From an uncultured Woeseiaceae bacterium (GTDB taxonomy: Bacteria > Pseudomonadota > Gammaproteobacteria > Steroidobacterales > Woeseiaceae): 64,000 bases of DNA. Shown here piece after piece: positions 1 through 9,547 of the stretch (position 1 is the stretch's first letter; every line of letters begins with the position of its first letter). A program made the translations under genes and the position numbers. The stretch is from NCBI GenBank assembly GCA_964654975.1, contig CAZZKW010000002.1:34686-98685 (forward strand), in the 5' to 3' direction. The notes beneath the pieces are model-generated. The model had not been told where the DNA came from and did not search any database. It saw only the letters and a program-made list of their open reading frames with translations.

Positions 1-730
1 GAACGTTGTCGATGTAGCCGCCTTGGCGATCAACGTAGCCGACTCCGCGAATCGCGAAATTATCGGACAGCGGTATGTTGAAATGACCGCTGACGTCGTA
101 ACTTTCCGAGCCGCCCCGGATCGTATACAAGCCCGCATCGATCTGACCGCTGACCGAATCAAAATCCGGTTTGTTTGTGATGTAGCGTATTGTTCCGGAC
201 TGCGAACTGGAACCGAACAAGGTTCCCTGCGGACCGGGCAACGACTCGATACGCTCTATGTCGATCAGGCGCACATCCAGTTGTTGAGAAATTGTTGTGA
301 TCGGCTGCTCGTCAAGGTAAATAGCGACCTGACTGTCAGTCCGGAATTCCTGCGTTCCGGTCGATACGCCGCGCATGATGACCGTGTTACGGCCTGGCAT
401 CGACGTGGCGAGGCTGGCGCTGGGCAGTGCGCGCATGAAGTCTTCCATGCCGTGCAATGCCTGTCGCTTGATGTCGGCTGTCGACAATGCGCTGATGCTT
501 TGCGGAACATCCTGCAGGTTCATCTCTCGTTTGGTCGCGGTGACAACAATTTCTTCAAGCGCATGGCTTGAGGGCTCTTGGGCGAGCGCTACGCTGACAG
601 GTGCGAGCGCGGTAGTGATTGCTGCGGCCAACGGCGTCAAGAAGAACCACCGCCTGTTCGGATCAGGCCAACTGCGCCGGGTATCAATACCTGCCGCAGC
701 CGTGTTTTTCCTATTCCGTGTTTTCGTCAT
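1..730 (-). CDS. TonB-dependent receptor, N-terminal part (3' end runs off the window)
   Basis: Absent from the ORF track because there is no stop inside the window. My reverse-strand translation from the ATG at 730-728 reads MTKTRNRKNTAAAG..LAQEPSSHALEEIVVTATKREMNLQDVPQSISALS..NTVIMRGVSTG..RIESLPGPQGTLFGSSSQSGTIRYITNKP. This shows a signal peptide, a TonB-box-like EEIVVTATK and plug-domain motifs. Confidence 0.85.
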   Translation of the reverse strand, partial: MTKTRNRKNTAAAGIDTRRSWPDPNRRWFFLTPLAAAITTALAPVSVALAQEPSSHALEEIVVTATKREMNLQDVPQSISALSTADIKRQALHGMEDFMRALPSASLATSMPGRNTVIMRGVSTGTQEFRTDSQVAIYLDEQPITTISQQLDVRLIDIERIESLPGPQGTLFGSSSQSGTIRYITNKPDFDSVSGQIDAGLYTIRGGSESYDVSGHFNIPLSDNFAIRGVGYVDRQGGYIDNV

Positions 731-779
731 CTTTAAGTCCCCCCGACCTGCCAAATTGTATTCGCCGAATTCGCGCGTT

Positions 780-812
780 GTTTGCGAATCGTTAGTCTCC
801 GTTTGCGCATCG
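780..812. repeat. Two copies of GTTTGCG(A/C)ATCG spaced 21 bp start to start, in the receptor/metF divergent intergenic region
   Basis: Read directly: gtttgcgaatcg at 780-791 and gtttgcgcatcg at 801-812. Looser TTGCGA copies follow at about 839-855. Confidence 0.4.
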
Positions 813-1210
813 AAGATGCTAAATCGGCGGAGGTGCAACTTGCGATGTTTTGCGAGCTGCCGTGGAACGATTCGTGAGAACAATACTATACGATTGAGCG
901 GTGTAGTTCACATCGGAATAATATTCGATCACCAACTCAGCCGGGGCTCCTCGACCGAACTGCCTTCGTAAGTTCGCAGTTCTGCGGAACATTATGCAGC
1001 TCCGCGCGAGGTGTCCTCGGCAACGGCAATTCGGACTACCGCCAGAACAGGATCACCGGGCAGAGAACCAACACGCCGAGTCCGTGACTCAACCACCGTT
1101 CGCTTTGATGTAAGAAGGTCTTTGGGCATGATGCCAATCTCATTGTGTGCGCGATTGGTCGCATACGGTACCGGGATGGGCAACTCGAGTTATCACAGGA
1201 AGGTGCAAAA

Positions 1211-2071
1211 ATGGAGCGTGTGAAATCAGAACTGCAACGTCAGGCTTTAACGGCGACCGTGAAAAGAGCGTACATGGAAATTTTCCCGGCGCGTTTTGTC
1301 GAAGCGCAACTCGATGTCCTGCAAGCAGGATCGTGCGTCGCGGTTACCTGCTCGCCGTCAAGCGGAATTGACGTGACCCTGGATGTGGCCGAGCGTCTCG
1401 TGGCACGAGGTTTCGAAACGGTACCTCACCTTGCCGCAAAATGTGTGCGTAGCGATGCTCACCTGAACGACATCATGAGTCGCCTCGACCACCTGAATAT
1501 TGAAGGCGTATTCGTGATCGGAGGTGATGCTGCGAAGCCAGCCGGGCCTCACGCTACCGCGCTGGATTTGCTGCGCGCCATCTCGGAGCATGATCACAAG
1601 TTGACGGAGATCGGAGTAGCGGCACATCCGGAGGGCCATCCGCATGTCGACGGTGAAGCACAGTTGACGTTGTTGGTGGAAAAGCAGGAATACGCCGACT
1701 ATTGCGTTACGCAGATGTGTTTTGATGCGTCCGTCTTGGCCGGCTGGCTCAAGCAGGCTCGGGATCGTGGTGTTACGTTGCCTGCGTGGCCCGGTTTGCC
1801 GGGCGTTGCTAGTCGCGCGCGCTTGATTGCCACTTCGCTGCGGATTGGCGTTGGCGAGTCGCTACGGTTTCTGAGTAAATCCGGACGTATCGCAGGTCAC
1901 CTGCTGAAGTCCAAAACCTATCGTCCGGATTCATTCTTGCTCGAACTCAGCCCGTATCTGACAGATCCGTATTACAACATCGTGAGCTACCACATTTTTT
2001 CCTTTAACCAGGTGGAGACCACTGAAGAATGGCGAAACGGATTCCTCACCGCGCTTCGGGAAACCTCGTAA
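1211..2071 (+). CDS. metF: Methylenetetrahydrofolate reductase family protein (divergent MetF)
   Basis: ORF 1145..2071. I prefer the ATG at 1211, preceded by AGGAAGG. AAHPEGHP and VTQMCFD match E. coli MetF AAYPEVHPEA and ITQFFFD. Confidence 0.75.
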   Translation: MERVKSELQRQALTATVKRAYMEIFPARFVEAQLDVLQAGSCVAVTCSPSSGIDVTLDVAERLVARGFETVPHLAAKCVRSDAHLNDIMSRLDHLNIEGVFVIGGDAAKPAGPHATALDLLRAISEHDHKLTEIGVAAHPEGHPHVDGEAQLTLLVEKQEYADYCVTQMCFDASVLAGWLKQARDRGVTLPAWPGLPGVASRARLIATSLRIGVGESLRFLSKSGRIAGHLLKSKTYRPDSFLLELSPYLTDPYYNIVSYHIFSFNQVETTEEWRNGFLTALRETS

Positions 2072-2093
2072 GCCGGTCGCGTCGTGGTGAGGC

Positions 2094-4112
2094 TTAAGCG
2101 CCGGCGTTTCTAACGCTGTTCGGTAGTTCGCTGATGATGGATTCGAAGTCCTCAATCCACAAGTCGAGGTGTTTTTCGTACTTTCGCCACGTGCCCAGAG
2201 CGCCGGTGTAAATGGGCTGTCGTACCTGCTCGGAGCTCGCGGTCCGGACTGCTCGCTTTGTCTCATGGAATCGAACGCAAGACTCTTCGAAAGGTAGCCC
2301 GCAATGATCGAGGATCCGCCGCACTTGCCCCTCCAGATCCGTCACCGTTTCCTCGTAGTGAACATCGAGAATTTTCCCGGGTAATACACGGTGCCAGTGT
2401 TTCATCACCGCGTCGTAACTGCGGTAGTAGTGCGACAGATCGATGGTGTCGTAGGTAAAGCTCTGCCCTCTCGCGAACAATTGTTTGTAACTTCCCAGGC
2501 AACTGTCGAGCGGATGGCGTCGGGCGTTGATAACTTTGGCGTTCGGCAGTATCAGGTGCAACAGGCCAATCAACGGGAAATTGTTCGGCAGTTTATCCGT
2601 AAAGAATGGCCGCTTGGTTTCCCGATGCCGTTGAACGGTATCCATGTATTCTTTTCCGTAGGCTCGCCAGTCTTTTCGGCGCAGTTCCGTCGCCGCATCC
2701 GGAAACTGCATGCCATCTTGCCGATAGCGACCGAAAGACGCTGCGATCTTGCTCAGAATCGGTAGCTCGGAAGTTCCTTCGACCTGGCTGTGACTGGCGA
2801 GAACTTGTTCCACCAATGTTGAGCCGGAGCGGGGCAGACCGACAATGAAAATGGGGTCCGGGGTTTTGAGTCCGTTGCCGCTGTGTTTGTACAGAAAGTC
2901 GTCATCGAACACTTTAAGGATTTGCTCGTGGCGCATCTCCATTTCCAGTGGATCATAGGACTCGAGTGGTCTTTGCTTGCGATTCCCGGTGTCGTAATAA
3001 TGCCAGGCCTTGTCGTAGTCCTTCCTGTCTTCATACGCCTTGCCGAGTGAGAACCGGAAATGAACCTCCTCACTGTCGGTTAGCCCGCCCTGACTTACTT
3101 GCTGCTCCATGGCATCGACTTCGTTTTCCTCAAAGCGGAAGATTTTCAGATTGGCCATGCTCCAGTACGCTTCGCCGAAATTCGGTTTGCCGGTGATTGC
3201 CGCCCGATAGGCTTGCAGGGCGCCGGCCTGGTTGCCGACGGTCTTCAACACGTGTGCGAACCCCAGCTGTGTACCCGGTGAATCGGGGTTGATCTCGATC
3301 GATTTTGCGAACGCCTCCACGCCTTTTTCAGGATAACTCGCCTGCGCATAGGCATTGCCTAATCCGGCCCAGGTGGCCGGGTTGTCCACGTCGAGTTTGA
3401 CCGCGGTTTGGTAGCATTCGACGGCATCGGTGTACTTGTTGGCTTCCAGTAACACCGTACCGAGCACCAGCCACGCGGCAGTGAAGTCCGGGGCGAGTGT
3501 TGTTGCACGCCTTAGCAGTGCCTCGGCATCGGGCAGGTTCTTGTCCTCGCGCCAATACGCGATGGCCAGATGACGCATCGCATCGACGTTGTCCGGACTG
3601 CTCTTCAGAACGTCACGAAACGCGGCAATCGCTTCGTCCTTTCTACCGGCTTTGAGGTGATCCATTCCCGCGGCGATTGCACCGGCTTCAGGGTCTTTTT
3701 CGAAAAACTCTTCGAACTGCTCGTCCGCTTCTGTGCCACGGCCAATCGCAGCCAGTGCTTGCCCCAGTTTCTTGTGCGCCAGTGGCAGACGGGGTTCGAG
3801 TTGAATCGCTTTTTCAAACGACGGAATGGCATCTTCGAAGCGAGCCTGCAACGCGAGGGCGCTGCCAAGGTCTTCGTGCAATTGCGGTATGTCAGGATGC
3901 AAAGACAAGGCAAAACGCAACTGTTCCTCGGCTTCAGGCAGCCGACCCTGTTTCATCAGCGCATTGCCCAGCAACCTCAAGTGGTCATTGCACCCGGGAT
4001 TGAGGACGAGATAGTTTCGGCAGATTTCCTCTGTGCGTAGCGGGCGATTGTCACGCATCGCCTGCACGGCTGCGCTGATACTGGTGTGCTTGTCGGAATT
4101 AGCCTGCTTCAC
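2094..4112 (-). CDS. TPR-repeat / sulfotransferase fusion protein
   Basis: 672 aa with a GTG start. The N-terminal ~380 aa consist of repeated TPR-like helices (ALxxxP..AxxxLG pattern). The C-terminal part carries the PAPS-binding loop IFIVGLPRSGSTLVEQVL and RRHPLDSCLGSYKQLF, typical of the sulfotransferase family. Confidence 0.8.
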   Translation of the reverse strand: MKQANSDKHTSISAAVQAMRDNRPLRTEEICRNYLVLNPGCNDHLRLLGNALMKQGRLPEAEEQLRFALSLHPDIPQLHEDLGSALALQARFEDAIPSFEKAIQLEPRLPLAHKKLGQALAAIGRGTEADEQFEEFFEKDPEAGAIAAGMDHLKAGRKDEAIAAFRDVLKSSPDNVDAMRHLAIAYWREDKNLPDAEALLRRATTLAPDFTAAWLVLGTVLLEANKYTDAVECYQTAVKLDVDNPATWAGLGNAYAQASYPEKGVEAFAKSIEINPDSPGTQLGFAHVLKTVGNQAGALQAYRAAITGKPNFGEAYWSMANLKIFRFEENEVDAMEQQVSQGGLTDSEEVHFRFSLGKAYEDRKDYDKAWHYYDTGNRKQRPLESYDPLEMEMRHEQILKVFDDDFLYKHSGNGLKTPDPIFIVGLPRSGSTLVEQVLASHSQVEGTSELPILSKIAASFGRYRQDGMQFPDAATELRRKDWRAYGKEYMDTVQRHRETKRPFFTDKLPNNFPLIGLLHLILPNAKVINARRHPLDSCLGSYKQLFARGQSFTYDTIDLSHYYRSYDAVMKHWHRVLPGKILDVHYEETVTDLEGQVRRILDHCGLPFEESCVRFHETKRAVRTASSEQVRQPIYTGALGTWRKYEKHLDLWIEDFESIISELPNSVRNAGA

Positions 4113-4123
4113 TATGTGCTTCG

Positions 4124-5518
4124 CTATAACGTTGACATGATTCGATACCAGAATTCTACGCTGTCATTGAACGCGGAAATCGCGATTCTCTCGTCGATTC
4201 CGTGTTCGCTGTTGCCCTCAGCCGACTGTGCGATCGCGGAAACGCCGTAGGTCGGAATACCGGCACTTCGTGTATACAAGCCATCCGTCGCGCCGGTAGA
4301 CATTCCGGCCTGGATTCGAATGCCCGGATACCGGTCGGTGGCCAGTTCTGTAATGCGGTCGAGAACTTCCGGAATCAGCGGAGAGGGCGGACTTATTTCC
4401 GGTTCATACGTACGGCGCATCTGGATAGTGTCGTCGGCGATGACTCGCAACAATTCGGCTTCGACATCCTCGGCCTTTTCCTGGGGCAGAATTCGGCAAT
4501 TGATGACCGCCTTCGCGTAAGTGGGTAACGCATTCTCGGCATGCCCGCCAAAAAGCTGCGTGGCAACGCAGGTCGTTCGCATTTGGGCGTTATAAAACGG
4601 TGTGCTCGCAAGGAGTTCGAGCTGCTCCTCGGTGGCCTTGTCGTCGGCAAGGTCGCGCATCGCAGAGGCGAGTGGTTCGTCAACTGAAGCTGCCGATGCA
4701 GCAAAGTAGGCACGGGTCACATCGTTCAGATTCACCGGAAAACGGTGTTCGCCGACGTGATTGAGCGCTTTGGCCAGCGCGTAGATCGCATTCTCCGACG
4801 GCGGCACAGAACTGTGGCCACCGGGATTGTTGGCCTGAATTTCGAGCGTCATGTATACCTTCTCAGCGGCCTGAACACTAAACGTCACGGCTGTTCCATC
4901 GATCAATTCCACACCGCCACCATCGGTGTTCAGCGCGAACTCGGCGTCCAGCAGCGGCGGGTGGTTCTCAAGCAGCCATCGAATGCTGAGCATGTTGGAT
5001 TCTTCGTCAAGGGTCAGAACGACGACAAGATCCCGCTCCGGAACGAAGCCTGCTTTTTTCATCCGAATAAGATTGGCGACGAGTGTTGCGGCACCGGTTT
5101 TATTATCCGACGTACCACGGCCGTACAGATACTTGTCACGAGCGACGAGTTCGTACGGGTCAGAAGACCAGTACTCTGCGACCGACGGTACGACGTCCAG
5201 GTGGGCCATCAGCAGGACCGGCCGCTTCTCGCCACTTCCACGCAGGCGCGCTACCAGGCCGCCGACCGTATCTTCCGGCCCCAGCAGTTGCACGTCTTCT
5301 TCAGGAAATCCTGCTGCGAGCAGATGTTCGGCCAACAACTCGGCGGATTCTCTGGAGCGTCCGGTTTCTTCGGTGCTTGGAATTGCAATCAACTCGCCCA
5401 GCAGCTCGAGTGCGGTCGGAGCAGCATCTGCTGCATTCGCGGTTTCCGTCAAAGCAAGACTGCTCATTAGCAACACAAAGGTAACGAGCCCTGTGGGTTT
5501 TCCGGGTAGTTTTCGCAT
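4124..5518 (-). CDS. Secreted M20/M28-type metallopeptidase
   Basis: 464 aa. Signal peptide ending TETANA. Contains MAHLDVVP, GRGTSDNKTG and LTLDEES metal-ligand motifs of the M20 family. Confidence 0.8.
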   Translation of the reverse strand: MRKLPGKPTGLVTFVLLMSSLALTETANAADAAPTALELLGELIAIPSTEETGRSRESAELLAEHLLAAGFPEEDVQLLGPEDTVGGLVARLRGSGEKRPVLLMAHLDVVPSVAEYWSSDPYELVARDKYLYGRGTSDNKTGAATLVANLIRMKKAGFVPERDLVVVLTLDEESNMLSIRWLLENHPPLLDAEFALNTDGGGVELIDGTAVTFSVQAAEKVYMTLEIQANNPGGHSSVPPSENAIYALAKALNHVGEHRFPVNLNDVTRAYFAASAASVDEPLASAMRDLADDKATEEQLELLASTPFYNAQMRTTCVATQLFGGHAENALPTYAKAVINCRILPQEKAEDVEAELLRVIADDTIQMRRTYEPEISPPSPLIPEVLDRITELATDRYPGIRIQAGMSTGATDGLYTRSAGIPTYGVSAIAQSAEGNSEHGIDERIAISAFNDSVEFWYRIMSTL

Positions 5519-5536
5519 TACTTCACTTCTCTCATT

Positions 5537-7561
5537 TCAGTACAACAGATACTTTTGGTACCAGCCGAGGTATCGGTCCAGCATGTCCCGCCGGAAACTC
5601 GGGCGGCTGATCTGGTGGTATTCGTCTGGGTAGATGATCAACGTGGAGTCAACGCCGAGACTTCGCAGCGCCTGGTACATTTGCTCGGAGTGTGCCGCCG
5701 GAACATTAATGTCCAGCGCGCCGCAGAGAAACAAAGTGGGCGTTGAAATCTTGTTCGCTTTGAGGAACGGATAAGACAACCGCAACCAGTTTTCGGGGTT
5801 TTCCCACGGCTGGCCGAGTTCCAGTTCCCAGTGTTGCACCCACTCATCAGAGCCGTAAACCGCCAGCATATTCGAAACGCCAGCGCCGCTGGTTGCAGCT
5901 TTGAAACGTGGGTCGGAGGCGATCGTATAGTTGGTCAACATTGCTCCGTAGCTCCAGCCGCCGATGCCCAGTCGGTCGGGATCGGCGATGCCTTCGTCGA
6001 CCACGTAGTCTATCGCCGCCAGCACGTCTGGAACATCACCGTGGCCGAGGTTGCCTTTTATTGCCAATTGAAACGCTTCACCTCTGCCCGAGCTGCCGCG
6101 CGGGTTGACGCCGAGGACGACGTAGCCGTTCGCCGCGAACAGTTGCCACTCGAAATTGAATTCCTTCCTGAACTGGCCGACAGGGCCACCGTGAATTCGC
6201 AAAATCGTCGGGTATCTTCGACCTTGTTCGAATCCAGGCGGCTTCACCATGAGCCCTCGTATTTGAGTGCCGTCCGGACTCGATACTTCGAAAGTTTCTG
6301 CAGTCCCAAGGCGGATATTTTCAAGCCAACCGTCGTTTTGTTCGCTGAGCCGGCGGACACTTCCATTGTCGACCTTGCCGATTTCGTAGGGTTGATCCGC
6401 CGACCCGTAAACAACAACGATCTGTCCGGATTCGCTGACGTCGAAAGAGCGAACGGTAACCGCGTCGCCCGTCAGCCGGGACGGTTTGCCGCCATCCGCC
6501 GGGACAGTCGCAACGTGCACACCCATCTCGTCTTCAACCAGGAAGTACACGGCACTACCGTCCGCCGACCATTGCGGCGACATGGCGTTGCGGTCCAGCT
6601 CTGCGGTCAGAATTCTGTCGGATTCTTCGGTGACCGATACAGCGCCCAACTGTGCCAGGCTGTAGTAGCTCAGGTTGGGTTCCCGATCAATGGTGTACAC
6701 GAGGTGTTTGCTGTCGGGACTCCACACGGGCCGTCCGCCCCAGCCTTCCGGGTTTGACTCGGCATAGCCTGTTTGAGTCAGGGGGGTGGAGTTTGCCGCG
6801 ACCCCGTCATCAACCACTGCCGTTGGGTCGATCGTATACACGTCCCAGTTCTGGTGACGATCCGGGTCCGCGCCACGCTTGCTCACAAACGCGATTCGCG
6901 AGCCGTCCGGCGACCAGGCTGGAAAAATTTCGTCGTAGAGACCGTCGGTGAGCGGCGTAAGAGCTCCCGACGCAAGCTCGACAATCTGCAAGTGGTTGCG
7001 CGAGTCGCCCAGGTAGCCGACACCGTCACGCTTAAAACGAAATCTGTCGATAACGATCGGCGCCGCCCGATCCCAGGACTGACTATCGTTGCTGCCGCCT
7101 TCGACAACGAGCACCAGGTGTTTGGCATCGGGCGCCCAGTCGAAGTCCGTTACGCCATTGGTGATTTCCGTTACCTGCTGCAGCTCGCCGGTTTTTGGCC
7201 GGTACAACCACAGTTGGCTGGCGGTTCCTTGCTCAGGGCCGCCGGAAAGGAATGCCAGGTATTGTCCGTTCTTGCTCCAGCGTGCGAAAAAAGCGCTGGG
7301 GTGTTGTGCCGAAATCTCGCGCGACTTTCCGGAACTCCAGTCCAGAATCCAGACGCTCCATTCCCGACTGTCCTCAGCTTCGTTGACGGTCGCGACGGTA
7401 AAGGCAACAGAATCGCCGTCCGGCGAGAATTGCACGTCGGATACGGCCCGCATTGAAAAAAGATCCGCGGACGACAACGGTCGTCGCGCCTCGTCAGCGT
7501 TTGCCACGACAGAAAGCCCGACTAATACCGTCGATAACAGTAAGCCCGATGTTCTATTCAT
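5537..7561 (-). CDS. Secreted S9 family serine peptidase (beta-propeller + alpha/beta hydrolase)
   Basis: 674 aa with a signal peptide. The N-terminal half has TolB/WD40-like repeats (FSPDG, WSPDG). The nucleophile motif is GGWSYGAM, with Asp (GALDINVP) and His (EYHQI) downstream. Confidence 0.85.
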   Translation of the reverse strand: MNRTSGLLLSTVLVGLSVVANADEARRPLSSADLFSMRAVSDVQFSPDGDSVAFTVATVNEAEDSREWSVWILDWSSGKSREISAQHPSAFFARWSKNGQYLAFLSGGPEQGTASQLWLYRPKTGELQQVTEITNGVTDFDWAPDAKHLVLVVEGGSNDSQSWDRAAPIVIDRFRFKRDGVGYLGDSRNHLQIVELASGALTPLTDGLYDEIFPAWSPDGSRIAFVSKRGADPDRHQNWDVYTIDPTAVVDDGVAANSTPLTQTGYAESNPEGWGGRPVWSPDSKHLVYTIDREPNLSYYSLAQLGAVSVTEESDRILTAELDRNAMSPQWSADGSAVYFLVEDEMGVHVATVPADGGKPSRLTGDAVTVRSFDVSESGQIVVVYGSADQPYEIGKVDNGSVRRLSEQNDGWLENIRLGTAETFEVSSPDGTQIRGLMVKPPGFEQGRRYPTILRIHGGPVGQFRKEFNFEWQLFAANGYVVLGVNPRGSSGRGEAFQLAIKGNLGHGDVPDVLAAIDYVVDEGIADPDRLGIGGWSYGAMLTNYTIASDPRFKAATSGAGVSNMLAVYGSDEWVQHWELELGQPWENPENWLRLSYPFLKANKISTPTLFLCGALDINVPAAHSEQMYQALRSLGVDSTLIIYPDEYHQISRPSFRRDMLDRYLGWYQKYLLY

Positions 7562-7634
7562 TAATCAGCGCCTCGCACTTTCTTGCGCATAGTCGACGTT
7601 GCAGCGCGTAGCCAAATTCGCTGTTCATCTCGGC

Positions 7635-8210
7635 CTAGATCGTATGGGTGAACGTCGCGGTCTGAACGTGCTCCGCCGGAACATAGTCGAAAATGAAAGT
7701 GATCCGATCTTCTTTACCTCGGTTAATGACGCTGTGATGCAGACGGTTATTTATTTCGTAGGCGTTGCCGGTTTCAAATTGATACGGTCGCCCATCGATA
7801 ACAAAACGCACTCCGCTGTTGGTGGTGATGGGTACGTGAATTCGGTGACCGTACTCAAACGAGGCATCCGAGTCAAAATGAGGATTGATACGTCCACCGG
7901 CCAGAAGCTTCGCGGCCACGGCCCGAATAACCGTGCCGCCGGGCGAATAGTGCTGCTTGATAATTTCGGCCATCAGGGGTTCGGCCTGCTCCGCCAGTCG
8001 ATTCCAGCCGGGCTCTTTCGAGATACTCAGGGTCGGCCAATCACCGCTACAAAATATGAGTACGATTGACTCCGTGCTGTTGTGCACATCGTAGTTTTGC
8101 TGGCGGAAGTTGTTTTCTGCCCAGGCGTCACCATCCTGAGCCAGGATCGCATCTCTAAGAGAAGCAACCGGCACGTCACCTAATTCCTGGAGGCGTATTC
8201 CAATGTCCAT
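7635..8210 (-). CDS. Aspartyl/asparaginyl beta-hydroxylase-like Fe(II)/2OG oxygenase (small, soluble)
   Basis: 191 aa. HFDSD (HxD) plus distal LHHSV fit the 2-His-1-carboxylate pattern. Overall resemblance to the AspH/LpxO catalytic domain. Confidence 0.6.
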   Translation of the reverse strand: MDIGIRLQELGDVPVASLRDAILAQDGDAWAENNFRQQNYDVHNSTESIVLIFCSGDWPTLSISKEPGWNRLAEQAEPLMAEIIKQHYSPGGTVIRAVAAKLLAGGRINPHFDSDASFEYGHRIHVPITTNSGVRFVIDGRPYQFETGNAYEINNRLHHSVINRGKEDRITFIFDYVPAEHVQTATFTHTI

Positions 8211-8404
8211 TGATCGACCTATATTGATGGCAAGGTGATTCTTGTTAGAACTAATTCAACAACCCTGGGGGTTCCCTTGTGGCTTCTATTTACTATAAGG
8301 TGTCGCTCGTTCGGAGGCCATCCCGATTTTTTTGTCAGATGATACTCGAGTAAAACAACGGGCCTGGTGGCAACCGCAGTCACTAATATCAGGAAAGAAC
8401 GACG

Positions 8405-9511
8405 ATGTCATTTCAAATAGCCATTGGTCCTAACGTAAACAAATCTCCCTACTTCGATGCAACCGTTGCGGACGGAGTTGCCGCGTTCTCGATTTACAAT
8501 CACATGTACATGCCCGCGAATTTCGGTGACCCTGACGGCGAATACGATCGTTTGATGAACGGCGTCGCTATGTGGGACGTGGCCGGTGAGCGTCAGGTTG
8601 AACTAGCCGGACCCGATGCCGGAGTTCTGGCGCAATATCTCACAGCTCGCGATATCTCGAGGGCGGTAGTCGGGCAGGGCAAGTACGTTCCTCTGTGCAG
8701 TCACGATGGCACGCTCATTAACGACCCGGTGTTACTCAAACTTTCTGAACACCGCTACTGGTTGTCGATCGCTGACAGCGACATTCGCCTGTGGGCGAAA
8801 GGTATCGCTGCCGAGCGTAAGCTGGATGTCGACATTACGGAACCGGACGTATCGCCGCTTGCCGTACAGGGGCCGAAAGCCGTCGAAGTGATTGCCGACC
8901 TGTTCGGCGATTGGGTGCGTGAACTGAAGTATTTCTGGTTCAGGGAAACTGACCTGGGGGGGATACCGCTTTTGGTGGTTCGTTCCGGGTGGTCAAAGCA
9001 GGGAGGGTTCGAGTTGTTTCTTCGAGATGGTACGCGCGGTACCGAGCTGTGGAAGCGTGTCAAGGACGCAGGCGCGAGCTACGGCATCGGTCCGGGCGCT
9101 CCAAACGACGTAGAACGAATTGAAAGCGGGCTGCTGTCTTACGGCGCCGACGTTGACGAACGAAGCAATCCCTTCGAGGTCGGTCTGGGGAAATACGTCA
9201 ATCTGGATTGCGACGACGAATTTGTCGGCAAGGCGGCCTTGCAGCGAATCGTGAGCGATGGAATAAGGCGGCAGCGCGTTGGCCTGATTTTGTCCGGCGA
9301 CCGAATAGACCAGAACGCACATCCGTACTCCGTGCGCCTGGCGGGCGAAGTCGTCGGGACGATGTCAGAAACGGTGTTCTCGCCGCGGCTAAAAAAGAAC
9401 ATCGCAATTGCGTTGATCGACGCAGGTATAGACGAGCAGGAGAGGGAACTGCTGGTAGACACAGGAGGTGAGACACGCCGCGCGACGGTAGCCGAACTGC
9501 CGTTTTGTTGA
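8405..9511 (+). CDS. dmdA: GcvT-family aminomethyltransferase, DmdA-like (probable DMSP demethylase)
   Basis: 368 aa. Segments WDVAGERQVELAGPDA, NDPVLLKLSEHRYWLSIADSD, EPDVSPLAVQGP, RSGWSKQGGFE, ERIESGLLSYG and GLGKYV parallel the Ruegeria and Pelagibacter DmdA sequences as I remember them. The size also matches (about 365 aa). Confidence 0.6.
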   Translation: MSFQIAIGPNVNKSPYFDATVADGVAAFSIYNHMYMPANFGDPDGEYDRLMNGVAMWDVAGERQVELAGPDAGVLAQYLTARDISRAVVGQGKYVPLCSHDGTLINDPVLLKLSEHRYWLSIADSDIRLWAKGIAAERKLDVDITEPDVSPLAVQGPKAVEVIADLFGDWVRELKYFWFRETDLGGIPLLVVRSGWSKQGGFELFLRDGTRGTELWKRVKDAGASYGIGPGAPNDVERIESGLLSYGADVDERSNPFEVGLGKYVNLDCDDEFVGKAALQRIVSDGIRRQRVGLILSGDRIDQNAHPYSVRLAGEVVGTMSETVFSPRLKKNIAIALIDAGIDEQERELLVDTGGETRRATVAELPFC

Positions 9512-9547
9512 GCGCCCGCCGTTGTCGGATCGGGTCACGGTGCGGGT

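Noticed and set aside
731-1210. Cobalamin riboswitch upstream of the TonB receptor, or an SAH/SAM riboswitch upstream of metF
   Set aside because: I read both strands looking for the B12 box, the GCCACTG core and SAH/SAM-II-like consensus stretches, and found none. Only a covariance-model scan could settle it.
5831-6757. 308-aa ORF on the plus strand (similar ones at 6773..7456, 10184..10885, 51808..52797, 48752..49648, 44376..45152, 46257..46973 and 4745..5470)
   Set aside because: All lie antisense to genes with strong family signatures, and none shows any motif of its own.
7635-8210. Cupin-type DMSP lyase (DddK/Q/W/L-like) next to the DmdA-like gene
   Set aside because: The metal ligands read as HxD..H of Fe(II)/2OG oxygenases. 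The HxHxxxxE cupin motif of Ddd lyases is absent.
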